From an uncultured Thermodesulfobacteriota bacterium (lineage in GTDB: Bacteria > Desulfobacterota > Desulfarculia > JACQYL01), in NCBI GenBank assembly GCA_964597345.1, contig CAZQXK010000007.1:6099-70098 (forward strand): DNA of 64,000 nucleotides, written 5' to 3'. A program made the translations under genes and the position numbers. Positions 55,688-64,000 of this stretch are shown piece after piece; the first letter of the stretch is position 1, and each line of letters begins with the position of its first letter. The notes beneath the pieces were generated by a model. It worked only from the letters and a program-made list of their open reading frames with translations, was not told the DNA's origin and searched no databases.

Positions 55688-56509
55688 ATGGCTATTGTCG
55701 CCGTTTCCAGGGCCGTGGGCAGCCTGGGAGACGAAATCGCCGCCGAAACGGCCCGGCGGCGCAACTACACCCTGGTGGGCCAGGAAGCCATCCACGAACT
55801 GGCCGAAACCATGGATCGCGAATTCCGTAAAGAGTTGGACCGGTTTGAGACGGAAACCCGGCCCCGATTCCTGGAGCGCTTTTTCTACCACCGTCCCGTG
55901 TATCAAAGCCTGTACGCCGCCCTCATTTACGAGTTGGCCTCCCGGCGCCGGGTCGTCCTGCTGGGGCGGGGCGCACAGATCATCCTGGCCGGAATCCCTC
56001 AAGTGCTGCGGGTTCGCATCCTGGCCCCCGTCGAAATCCGAGCCGAACGCATACGACGGGAACGGGAAGGGGTGTCTTTCCAGGAAGCCCTCCAGTTCGT
56101 GGAAAAGCACGATCTGGAACGCAAGAACCTGGTTCGGGATATTTACGACCGGGATCCGGACAATCCGGAATTGTATGATCTGGTCATCAATACGGCGCTT
56201 TTCAGTCAGGCCGTTGCCGCCGATTTCCTGTGCCGAGCCATCGACCATATCGTGCAATGCGAACCCATGGAAGACGTCGCCGAAAACCTTCGCGCCCTAG
56301 CCCTGGGAAAACGTATCGAGGCCAAGATTCGAAAGGAATTGGTGCGTTCCCTGAATGTGCGCGTCACGGGGTCACCCGGAGGTAAGATCCTCCTGGAAGG
56401 CACCGTAGCCACCCAGCGGGAGAGCCGGGAGATGGAAGAGCTGGCGCGGTCCTTCCCCGACGTTCAAAGCGTCACCAACGACATCCGGACCACCGCCCTC
56501 GCCTTCTGA
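55688..56509 (+). CDS. cytidylate kinase-like family protein with C-terminal BON domain
   Basis: Start at MAIVAVSRAVGSLGDEIAAETARR (P-loop-like CMP-kinase-like fold); C-terminal BON-like segment VRVTGSPGGKILLEGTVATQRESREMEELARSFPDVQSV. Confidence 0.65.
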   Translation: MAIVAVSRAVGSLGDEIAAETARRRNYTLVGQEAIHELAETMDREFRKELDRFETETRPRFLERFFYHRPVYQSLYAALIYELASRRRVVLLGRGAQIILAGIPQVLRVRILAPVEIRAERIRREREGVSFQEALQFVEKHDLERKNLVRDIYDRDPDNPELYDLVINTALFSQAVAADFLCRAIDHIVQCEPMEDVAENLRALALGKRIEAKIRKELVRSLNVRVTGSPGGKILLEGTVATQRESREMEELARSFPDVQSVTNDIRTTALAF

Positions 56510-56673
56510 CGGAACGCCCCAGGGGGGTTCGGCTGAAACAGGATCCGCCGTTCCGCGCCCATGATTCGCCATGGGTCCCGCGGAGCGTATCACGGACGCC
56601 TCCCGACGGGGAGAACACCCGACGGGATTCGGGGTCCGGTTCCCTCATTTTCGAAGCATCGGGAGTCGAAATC

Positions 56674-57816
56674 ATGCCGTACCAGAAGGAAGCACACCCA
56701 GGGTGGGACCGCGTCGTTCCCCGACGCGCCTTCTTCAGGTCCGCGGCGGCATCGGCGGGCGCCTGGGGGCTTGCGGCGGCCGGGGAAGCTTCCGCGGCGA
56801 CGGTCTCCAACTGGAAGATTCAAACCGCCTGGGAGGAGGGCACGCTGGGATTCGCCCAATTCCAGCGATTCTGCCACCGCGTCACCCAGATGTGCGACGG
56901 GAAACTCCGGTTGGAACCCGTGGCTCCCGGGATCGTGGTTCAGACTTCCGAACTGTTCGACGCGGTCAAACAAAACATCCTGGACGCCATGCACGGCTTC
57001 ACCATGGACTGGCGCCGCAAACTGCCCCTCTCCTGGTTTCTTTCCGCCTATCCCCTGGGCATGGATCGGCCGGATCTTTGGGAGACCTGGTTCGACGCCC
57101 TGGACGGACGGGAGCTGTGCCGGGAAGCCTTCGGAGCCCACCAGATGGTGTTCCTAGGCCCCATTCATACGCCTCCGCGCCTGATCCAAGCCCGGGCGCC
57201 CATCCGTTCCTTCGGAGACTTCAAGGGAAAGAAAATCCAGATTCAGCCCGGCATGGGCGCGGACTTGTTCCGAGCCGCCGGGGCGGCGCCGGTACATCTC
57301 CCGGACGACAAGATCTACGACGCCCTGAAACAGGGAACCATCGACGCCGTGGATACGGTGAGCGCGGCGGCGGCCTACAATAGAGGCTTTGGAGAACTCG
57401 CCAAGTTTCTCATCGTGGGGCCGCCGGGAACGCCTTCCCTTCACCGGCCGTCCGATCTGATGGGCCTCGTGGTAAACCAGCGCAGATGGAACGCACTCTC
57501 CCCGTCTCTCCAGTGGATTCTGGAGGCGGCGGTCAAGCAGCACTCCTGGGATCAGTTCACGGCATTTCAGAAGGCGGACCTCGAAGCCATCGAACGCATG
57601 GAGCAGGATCAGGGACTGGAAGTCATCCGCCTGGATCTCCTCGACGTGGACGCGTTCCGCAAGCTGGCTCCCGAGATCTGGGTCTCCTACGCCAGGCGTT
57701 CCTCCCAGTCTCTCAAAGCCTTCCGGTCACAGCTGTCCTTCATGAAATCCGCCAAGGCCGGGCTGCTGCCCCCCGGGGACCTGGTGGATTCCAAGGGTCA
57801 AAAACTGGACGTCTGA
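56674..57816 (+). CDS. TRAP transporter substrate-binding protein (DctP family) with Tat-type signal
   Basis: RRAFFRSAAASAGAWGLAAAG signal; DctP-like core (IVVQTSELFDAVKQNILDAMHG..). Confidence 0.7.
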   Translation: MPYQKEAHPGWDRVVPRRAFFRSAAASAGAWGLAAAGEASAATVSNWKIQTAWEEGTLGFAQFQRFCHRVTQMCDGKLRLEPVAPGIVVQTSELFDAVKQNILDAMHGFTMDWRRKLPLSWFLSAYPLGMDRPDLWETWFDALDGRELCREAFGAHQMVFLGPIHTPPRLIQARAPIRSFGDFKGKKIQIQPGMGADLFRAAGAAPVHLPDDKIYDALKQGTIDAVDTVSAAAAYNRGFGELAKFLIVGPPGTPSLHRPSDLMGLVVNQRRWNALSPSLQWILEAAVKQHSWDQFTAFQKADLEAIERMEQDQGLEVIRLDLLDVDAFRKLAPEIWVSYARRSSQSLKAFRSQLSFMKSAKAGLLPPGDLVDSKGQKLDV

Positions 57817-57924
57817 GGGTCGCAAGAAACATAGGGACCGTAGTGGTTCATCGGGCCGCCGCCGACAAACCGGCCGCGTGGTAAAGTGTTGAGCGCGCGC
57901 CAAGCGGGAGGGAAAGAACGCATG

Positions 57925-59445
57925 AGCGTCTATGACTACACCCTGTACGACATGATCCGCCGGAATGCCCTGCTCTATCCCAACCGGGACTGCATGGTAT
58001 ACAATCACATGCGCATCACCCACCTGGACTTCAAGGAGCGCTGCGATCGCGTCGCCGCGGGACTCTTCGAGGCGGGGATCGTCCGGGGAGACCGGATCGG
58101 CGTCCTGGCGCACAACTCGGACGAATTCATGATCCTCTACGGCGCCGCGGCAAAGATCGGCGCCGTGGTAGTCCCGGTGAACTGGCGATTTCAACCGTCC
58201 GAAGTAACCTACGTCATCGAGGACACCAAGCCCAAGTTCCTTTTCGTGGGATCCCATTTCCAGGAAACGGGGGCGCGCCTGATTTCCGAGGTTTCCGGCA
58301 TCCAGAAAGTGTTTCTTCTGGGAGGCGACGAGCCCGGCGCGCCGTTCGTTCCGTTCAAGAGCCTGTACGCGGACCGCGGTCTCCACACGGAATTCCCCGT
58401 TCCCGCCGAATCCGCGTTCGTCATCATCCATACCGCGGCCGTGGAAGGCCGCCCCCGGGGAGCGATCTTGAGTCACCGGTGCATCCTGGCCGGAAACCTG
58501 ATGATGATGTACGCGTATCGTTTGGATTCGGACGATGTACACATGGCTTTTCTGCCCCTGTTTCATATCGCCGGTTTGAATGTTTCCCTGGGAGTCATGC
58601 AGGCCGGCGGGAAGAACGTGCTGATGGAGCGGTTCGATCCCGAGATGACCTTGGAACTCATCCAAAAAGAGAAAGGGACCCTGTTTTTCGAGTTCGCTCC
58701 CATCCTCAAGAACCTGCTGGATCAGTACGAAAAGGGATCCTATGATATTTCCTCGCTCCGGAACGTCATGGGGCTGGACCATCCCGATACCATCCGGCGG
58801 TTTCTGGACCGGGCGCCCCACGCCGTCTTCTGGAGCATGTTCGGCCAAACCGAAGCGCTTATGGTGTGCCAGGCTCCCTTCACCGACAAGCCCGGAAGCG
58901 CCGGCGTTCCCTGCCCGTGGACCCGGACGGCCCTGTTCGACGACTACGACAACGAAGTTCCCACAGGCGCCCCCGGAGAAATCTGCGTCCGGTCGCCCAA
59001 TGTGTTTTCCGGATATTGGGGTTTGGATGCGGAAACGGAGCACGCCTTCCGCAACGGCTGGCACCACACCGGGGACGTGGGTCGATTCGATGAGGACGGA
59101 TACCTCTGGTACGTGAAACGAAAAGCGCAGAAGGAATTGATCAAGCCGGGCGGGGAAAACGTGTACCCGGCCGAAGTGGAGAAGGTCATTCTGTTGCACG
59201 AGGCCATCGCCCGAGCCTGCGTCATCGGGGTCCCGGATCCGCACTGGGGGGAAGCCGTCAAAGCGGTATGCGTCCTCAAGGAAGATCAAACCGTGGAAGC
59301 GGCGGATCTCATCGAATTCGTGGCCTCCCGAATCGCCCGCTACAAGAAGCCGAAGCACGTCGTCTTCGTGGATGCGCTTCCGGAAACATCCGACGGCGAA
59401 ATCGACCGGGAACAGGTGAAACAGGACCACGGAGGCCGTTACTGA
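57925..59445 (+). CDS. AMP-dependent acyl-CoA synthetase/ligase
   Basis: AMP-binding motifs (VIIHTAAVEGRPRGAILSHR; GWHHTGDVGRFDEDGYLWYVKRK); start at MSVYDYTLYD. Confidence 0.85.
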   Translation, partial: SVYDYTLYDMIRRNALLYPNRDCMVYNHMRITHLDFKERCDRVAAGLFEAGIVRGDRIGVLAHNSDEFMILYGAAAKIGAVVVPVNWRFQPSEVTYVIEDTKPKFLFVGSHFQETGARLISEVSGIQKVFLLGGDEPGAPFVPFKSLYADRGLHTEFPVPAESAFVIIHTAAVEGRPRGAILSHRCILAGNLMMMYAYRLDSDDVHMAFLPLFHIAGLNVSLGVMQAGGKNVLMERFDPEMTLELIQKEKGTLFFEFAPILKNLLDQYEKGSYDISSLRNVMGLDHPDTIRRFLDRAPHAVFWSMFGQTEALMVCQAPFTDKPGSAGVPCPWTRTALFDDYDNEVPTGAPGEICVRSPNVFSGYWGLDAETEHAFRNGWHHTGDVGRFDEDGYLWYVKRKAQKELIKPGGENVYPAEVEKVILLHEAIARACVIGVPDPHWGEAVKAVCVLKEDQTVEAADLIEFVASRIARYKKPKHVVFVDALPETSDGEIDREQVKQDHGGRY

Positions 59446-59533
59446 AATCCGGCGACCCGCCCCCGAATCCGCCGGAGCGCGGGAGGATTCGGGGGCGCAT
59501 CCTTACGGGGACAGGGAAACGCAGGGGCGGAAA

Positions 59534-59576
59534 GATGCGCCGTCACGCCGTCGGCGTGACGGCGCATCGCCTTTTT
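59534..59576 (+). terminator. rho-independent terminator after the acyl-CoA synthetase gene
   Basis: Perfect 15-bp stem GATGCGCCGTCACGC-CGTCG-GCGTGACGGCGCATC followed by GCCTTTTTC. Confidence 0.6.
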
Positions 59577-59715
59577 CAACAGTCTGGCAATGAATCAAAA
59601 ACGGCCGCAGGCGCCATCGGTTCACGGTTTACAAGGAAAACGTGGACCGAATTTGCGCCGACAGCCGAAAATCCAACCTGAATCACCCCTGCCCTTCCAT
59701 CCGAAACCCGCGCCT

Positions 59716-61311
59716 TCAGGGCAGGGTCTCCAAAATGTCCCCGGCTATGCGCCCCTGGAACTGATCGAAGTTCCTCTTGAAACGCTCCGCGAGCTTGCGG
59801 GCTCGAACCTGGTACTCGGCGGGATCGGACGCCTGCAAGGCGGGATTCAGTATCTCGGACGGAACGCCGGGGCACGATGCGGGAACTAGGAACCCGAACA
59901 GGGGATCGGGCGCGAACTCCGCTTGTTCCAGGGAACCGTCTAGGATGCTGCTGATGAGGGCCCTGGAATACAGGATGGAGATTCGGTCCCCCCTGCCGTA
60001 GGGTTCTCCCACCCATCCGGTGTTCAGCAGCCAGCACGACGCGCCGTGGGTACGAACCTTCTGCCGGAACAGTTCGGCGTAAAACGTGGGAGGCAGGGCC
60101 ATGAAAGGCGCTCCGAAGCATGGACTGAATACGGCCTTGGGCTCCTGGATCCCCACTTCCGTACCCGCCACCTTGGCCGTGTAGCCGGAGAGAAAATGAA
60201 ACACCGCCTGCTCCGGTGAGAGCTTGGCCACGGGGGGCATTACCCCGAAAGCATCGCACGTCAGCATGATCACATGATTCGGGTGCCCGCAGACCCCCTC
60301 GCGCAACGCACTGGGTATGTGGGACACGGGGTACGCGGCCCGGGTGTTCTCCGTAAGGGAATCATCGTCCAAGTCCAGGCGGCGCGACACGTGATCGAAG
60401 GTCACGTTCTCCAGGATCGTGCCGAAACGGCGGGTGCACTCGTAGATCTCGGGCTCCGCGTCCTTGGAAAGCCGGATCACCTTGGCATAGCAGCCGCCTT
60501 CGAAGTTAAACACCCCGCTGTCGCTCCAACCGTGTTCGTCGTCTCCCACGAGTTTTCGCCCGGGATCCGCGGAAAGGGACGTTTTGCCCGTGCCCGAAAG
60601 GCCGAAGAACACCGCCGAGTCCCCCGCTTCTCCCACGTTGGCCGAACAGTGCATGGACAGCACGGATTCCTGGGGGTACACATAGTTCAAGATGGTGAAC
60701 ACGGACTTCTTGATCTCTCCCGCGTAACTCGTGCCTCCGATGAGCACCAGCTTCTTGCCCAAGTGAAGCAGGACAAACGCCTCGGAACGGGTCTTGTCCA
60801 GTTCGGGCAGCGCGTGAAAGCGGGGCGCATTGATGATGGTGAAGTCCGGATCGTGGCCTTCGGCTTCCTCGAACCGCTTCATCTGTATGAACATGTTCCT
60901 GGCAAAGAGACTGTGCCAGGCCGTCTCGGTGATCACCCGGATAGGAATGCGATACGCCGGGTCCGCGCCCGCGTAGCAATCCTGCACAAAGATGTCCTTG
61001 TTCTGGAGATAGGCCTGCAACCTGTGCAGAATACTGAAGAAAGCGCTCTCCTCCATACCCTTGTTCTCGGACCCCCACCAGATCTTGTCATAGCTGGAAG
61101 GCTCCTGAACGATGAACTTGTCCAGGGGGGATCTTCCCATGTGCTGGCCGGTTCGCACCACCACGGGACCCAAATGCGCCACGTTCCCTTCCCTTCTGCG
61201 GACGACCTCCTCGTACAGAATCGGCGTGGCGGCATTCCAGTAAATGTTCCCCAGATTCCTGAATCCCATGTGCTCCAGGTCCGGTCTCACGTCTTTCCGA
61301 TTGAACATGCC
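59716..61311 (-). CDS. pckA: phosphoenolpyruvate carboxykinase (ATP)
   Basis: Start MFNRKDVRPDLEHMGF with AGGAGGGAGG RBS; kinase-1a GLSGTGKT motif; the ORF-track upstream extension is rejected. Confidence 0.9.
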   Translation of the reverse strand, partial: GMFNRKDVRPDLEHMGFRNLGNIYWNAATPILYEEVVRRREGNVAHLGPVVVRTGQHMGRSPLDKFIVQEPSSYDKIWWGSENKGMEESAFFSILHRLQAYLQNKDIFVQDCYAGADPAYRIPIRVITETAWHSLFARNMFIQMKRFEEAEGHDPDFTIINAPRFHALPELDKTRSEAFVLLHLGKKLVLIGGTSYAGEIKKSVFTILNYVYPQESVLSMHCSANVGEAGDSAVFFGLSGTGKTSLSADPGRKLVGDDEHGWSDSGVFNFEGGCYAKVIRLSKDAEPEIYECTRRFGTILENVTFDHVSRRLDLDDDSLTENTRAAYPVSHIPSALREGVCGHPNHVIMLTCDAFGVMPPVAKLSPEQAVFHFLSGYTAKVAGTEVGIQEPKAVFSPCFGAPFMALPPTFYAELFRQKVRTHGASCWLLNTGWVGEPYGRGDRISILYSRALISSILDGSLEQAEFAPDPLFGFLVPASCPGVPSEILNPALQASDPAEYQVRARKLAERFKRNFDQFQGRIAGDILETLP

Positions 61312-61766
61312 TCCCTCCTGCTTGATGGTCTGTCGGGTTGTTCCCGGGGGCCACTCCGGGAAGATACATCCGTGAACGGGCCTGGCGCGTCTTTCCGCAC
61401 CCACCCGGAGGTCTTCGTCGCAACCTGGGGGCAGGTCCCGATGCCGGCCGGTCCCGAATGGGTCCGGATCGGCCGGAGCACCGGTCGCCCCAGCGGGAAG
61501 GGCTGCTCCGGCGCGGCGGAGCCCAAAGGGTCTCCGCATCCGAGGAATTCCGGTCGGGTCGCCCGGACCTTCTTCCCGATTCCATACCCGAACCGCTCCT
61601 GCTTGTCAAAACCGGCGCGCGCTGGCGCTCCGGAAACATGCGCCCACGGAAAGATGGGGCGCCGGAGGACCAACCGAGGATCGCGCCCGGCATCCGCCGG
61701 GCCCGGGTTCCTATCGTGTTCCCGTGGCGTCCTCCCCCCGGGGAGAGGGCGGGGAGCCCCATTTAC

Positions 61767-63584
61767 TCACCATTTCCAGGCGAGTCCCACCTGAAAAGTC
61801 CGATCCGGTTCGGGAAAAGCGGGATTATGGTAGTGGGACGTATTGAACAGATTCAAAATGGATCCGAAGGGCTCCAGGGTCCCCCACGGGTATTGTGGAA
61901 AGGTGTAGCGGACGTGATAATCCAGCAGGAACCGGCGGTCCCGGGTTTCGGGAAGGGAGGAATTGAAGTGCACCCAACGACCCCGTAAGGACTGAAACAG
62001 GTGTTCCCCACGGTGAACGCATCCGAAGTTCCAATACTGCCTCGGAACGTCTCGAATCACACGACCCGTTTCCCGGTCCACGGCGTCCACCCATGTGAAC
62101 GCGGCCTCGAGCCCCAACCCGGCTCCGATGTCCCATCCGCCCCAGGCCTCGATCCCCCGCCGCCACGCCTCGTCCAGGTTTCGATACCGGCGGGTGGAAA
62201 AATCGAATACGATGAATCCGTCGACGACGGCCCAAAACCCGTTTATTCCCAGGCGAAAACGGTCCTTGGGACGGGCCCTCCACCCGACTTCGACATCCAT
62301 GGACCGTTCCGGTCCCAGCGACGGATTCCCGAAATCCGGATCCTTGGCCCATGTGGCGGGCGGCGCATCGAATCCCCAGGCGAGCTGGACCCTGAAAACG
62401 GACTCCCACCATGGCAGAGGATACGCCCAGCCCGCGGAGGGGCTCCATCGGGAACCGAAATCCAGATCTTCATCGTAGCGAACCCCCGCATTGAGGAGTC
62501 CCTCGCCCGCCTTCAGGGCGTATCCACCCGACCAGGCCGTGGTGCGCGTATCCACGTCCCCCTGGGCGGGGCTGAAGTCATACGTACCCCAATCCCCCGA
62601 AGCTCCCACCGTCAAGAGATGGTCCTCCCGCCAGGCATAATTCAGTTCCGCAGAACCGCCCCGGGTGGTTTCCACGTAGTCGAAGGCCCGTACCGTCCCG
62701 ACGTCGGCGTCGTGGTGACGATCGGACAGGCTCGTGAATCGGTGGTTCCTCAAGGACAGGCTCACCAGTAACCGTTCAGAGGGGACGCCCTCCATCTCCA
62801 CCACCTGGTAGAAGCGGCGGGATCGGCTTCGTTCCCAAAACGCCGCCACTGTGGGAAGGGGGTTTTCAAACCAGCCCTCCATATAATTGGCGACCAGAGA
62901 CACCTGGAACCGATCCTGGAACGTTTTTCCTAAACGGACCATGACATTGTCGTGTCTGGATGCCCCGTGCTCCAAAAAACCGCCGGTCTCCCTATGGGCT
63001 GCAGTCACCAGATACGACCCCATAGGGGGCGCCCCGAACGCGCTGAACTCTCCCAGCAACGTATCGTTTCGACCCGCGGACATGCGGGCCTCGATCACCG
63101 GGCCATGCGCCGTGTCGGGCCGGCGGGTCGAGATATTCAGCACCCCTCCCGAGGCGGAATTCCATCTGGAGGTCGCGGCCCCCTTGATCACCTGAATGGT
63201 TTCCACCTGGTTCAGAAGAACGGGGGAAAGATCCGCCGTGGGGTTCCCCAATTGATTCAAACGGACCCCATCCATGTACACTTTCACCTGACGAGCCTCG
63301 GAGCCATGAATCGAGGGTATGGACAGCGCACCCAAACCTCCGCTGAACTGCATGAACAAGCCCGGAAGAAACCGGAGGGCCTCGCCCGCATCCCGGGCCG
63401 GAAACTCATGGAAATCCTGCCGGTTCAGGAAACCTACGTTAGCGGTGACCCGCTCGGAAACAAACAGAGCGGGGTCGGCCCATACCTTCACGGGAGCCAA
63501 CTCAAACGGTTTCGGTGGGGAAGCCGGTGTTTGGGTCGCCCATAGGACTCCGAAACACAGGATCAAGACCGGAACGGCACGCAT
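61767..63584 (-). CDS. TonB-dependent outer membrane receptor
   Basis: Signal peptide MRAVPVLILCFGVLWATQTPA; plug-domain motifs; C-terminal aromatic residue (..QVGLAWKW). About 400-nt upstream leader. Confidence 0.8.
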   Translation of the reverse strand: MRAVPVLILCFGVLWATQTPASPPKPFELAPVKVWADPALFVSERVTANVGFLNRQDFHEFPARDAGEALRFLPGLFMQFSGGLGALSIPSIHGSEARQVKVYMDGVRLNQLGNPTADLSPVLLNQVETIQVIKGAATSRWNSASGGVLNISTRRPDTAHGPVIEARMSAGRNDTLLGEFSAFGAPPMGSYLVTAAHRETGGFLEHGASRHDNVMVRLGKTFQDRFQVSLVANYMEGWFENPLPTVAAFWERSRSRRFYQVVEMEGVPSERLLVSLSLRNHRFTSLSDRHHDADVGTVRAFDYVETTRGGSAELNYAWREDHLLTVGASGDWGTYDFSPAQGDVDTRTTAWSGGYALKAGEGLLNAGVRYDEDLDFGSRWSPSAGWAYPLPWWESVFRVQLAWGFDAPPATWAKDPDFGNPSLGPERSMDVEVGWRARPKDRFRLGINGFWAVVDGFIVFDFSTRRYRNLDEAWRRGIEAWGGWDIGAGLGLEAAFTWVDAVDRETGRVIRDVPRQYWNFGCVHRGEHLFQSLRGRWVHFNSSLPETRDRRFLLDYHVRYTFPQYPWGTLEPFGSILNLFNTSHYHNPAFPEPDRTFQVGLAWKW

Positions 63585-64000
63585 TCGGCGCCCGGGCCCG
63601 TTCTTACTCCCTCCTGCGCCGGCGAACCGGGACCATCCCCCGCTTCCCGGCGAAGGACTTGACGCCGTTCGGCGACCTATCCTATGTAATAGATTGGTTA
63701 CGACTTCATGGGAGCTGCATCGGCAGGATCGCACGGCTTTGGTCAACCCGTCGAAACGCAGGCCGGGCTGCCGGCGGGAAAAAACCTTTGAAAGGCCGGG
63801 ATCGCGCATCCTGAGCATTGAGGCGCACAGCGCGGGCGCCTTCGGCTTCGTCTTTCGACGGCCCGTCCTGCCCGCGTCCGTCCGGGACCCGTTCATGGTT
63901 ATCCGCAGCAAGTTATACCTCAAATTCCTTACCTTCATAATCCCGCTGGTGATCCTGGCCGTCACCCTTCCGGCGCTCCTGGTCACCGAAATCAGCCGGA

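Noticed and set aside
57727-59430. 567-aa minus-strand ORF
   Set aside because: Antisense shadow of the acyl-CoA synthetase gene; no motifs.
63585-64000. Cobalamin riboswitch upstream of the TonB-dependent receptor
   Set aside because: No B12 box (GCCACTG) or conserved core found by eye.
1-64000. CRISPR arrays, rRNA genes
   Set aside because: No short regularly spaced direct repeats and no rRNA-like segments seen.

Overview
High-GC (about 62%) bacterial chromosomal segment; gene order and content fit a deltaproteobacterial/Desulfobacterota-like organism, but that is inference only. From left to right the window holds:
(1) the 3' end of a glycogen-to-trehalose operon (glgX-treY) on the minus strand;
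(2) a roughly 5.4 kb compositionally patchy island (4.1-9.6 kb) lying against the 3' end of a tRNA-Ser(CGA) gene, with an IS21 istA remnant, a low-GC two-gene module, two paralogous ~58-nt stem-loop elements and several orphan ORFs;
(3) tadA;
(4) a complete Xps-type type II secretion gene set (gspE-F-G-H-I-J-K-L-M-N/C-D, minus strand), translationally abutted upstream by polysaccharide genes (a radical SAM/B12 protein, a GT2 transferase and a polyprenyl-phosphate sugar transferase);
(5) a complete division and cell-wall (dcw) cluster, mraZ-rsmH-ftsL-ftsI-murE-murF-mraY-ftsW-murG-murC-murB-ftsQ-ftsA-ftsZ, which conspicuously lacks murD and ddl;
(6) mltG, a menA-like prenyltransferase, flavoproteins, a hicB/degraded hicA pair, GNATs, a MacAB-TolC-like efflux operon with a TetR regulator, a TRAP substrate-binding protein, an acyl-CoA synthetase, pckA and a TonB-dependent receptor.
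The most striking feature not explained by the genes is a family of six copies (four full-length, two truncated) of a ~150-185 bp structured repeat with imperfect ~17-bp terminal inverted repeats (MITE-like). Copies sit in both orientations in intergenic spacers. One fills the ftsA-ftsZ spacer, one ends 2 nt upstream of the mltG start codon, and one supplies the C-terminal codons of the TetR gene.
No CRISPR array or rRNA gene was seen.
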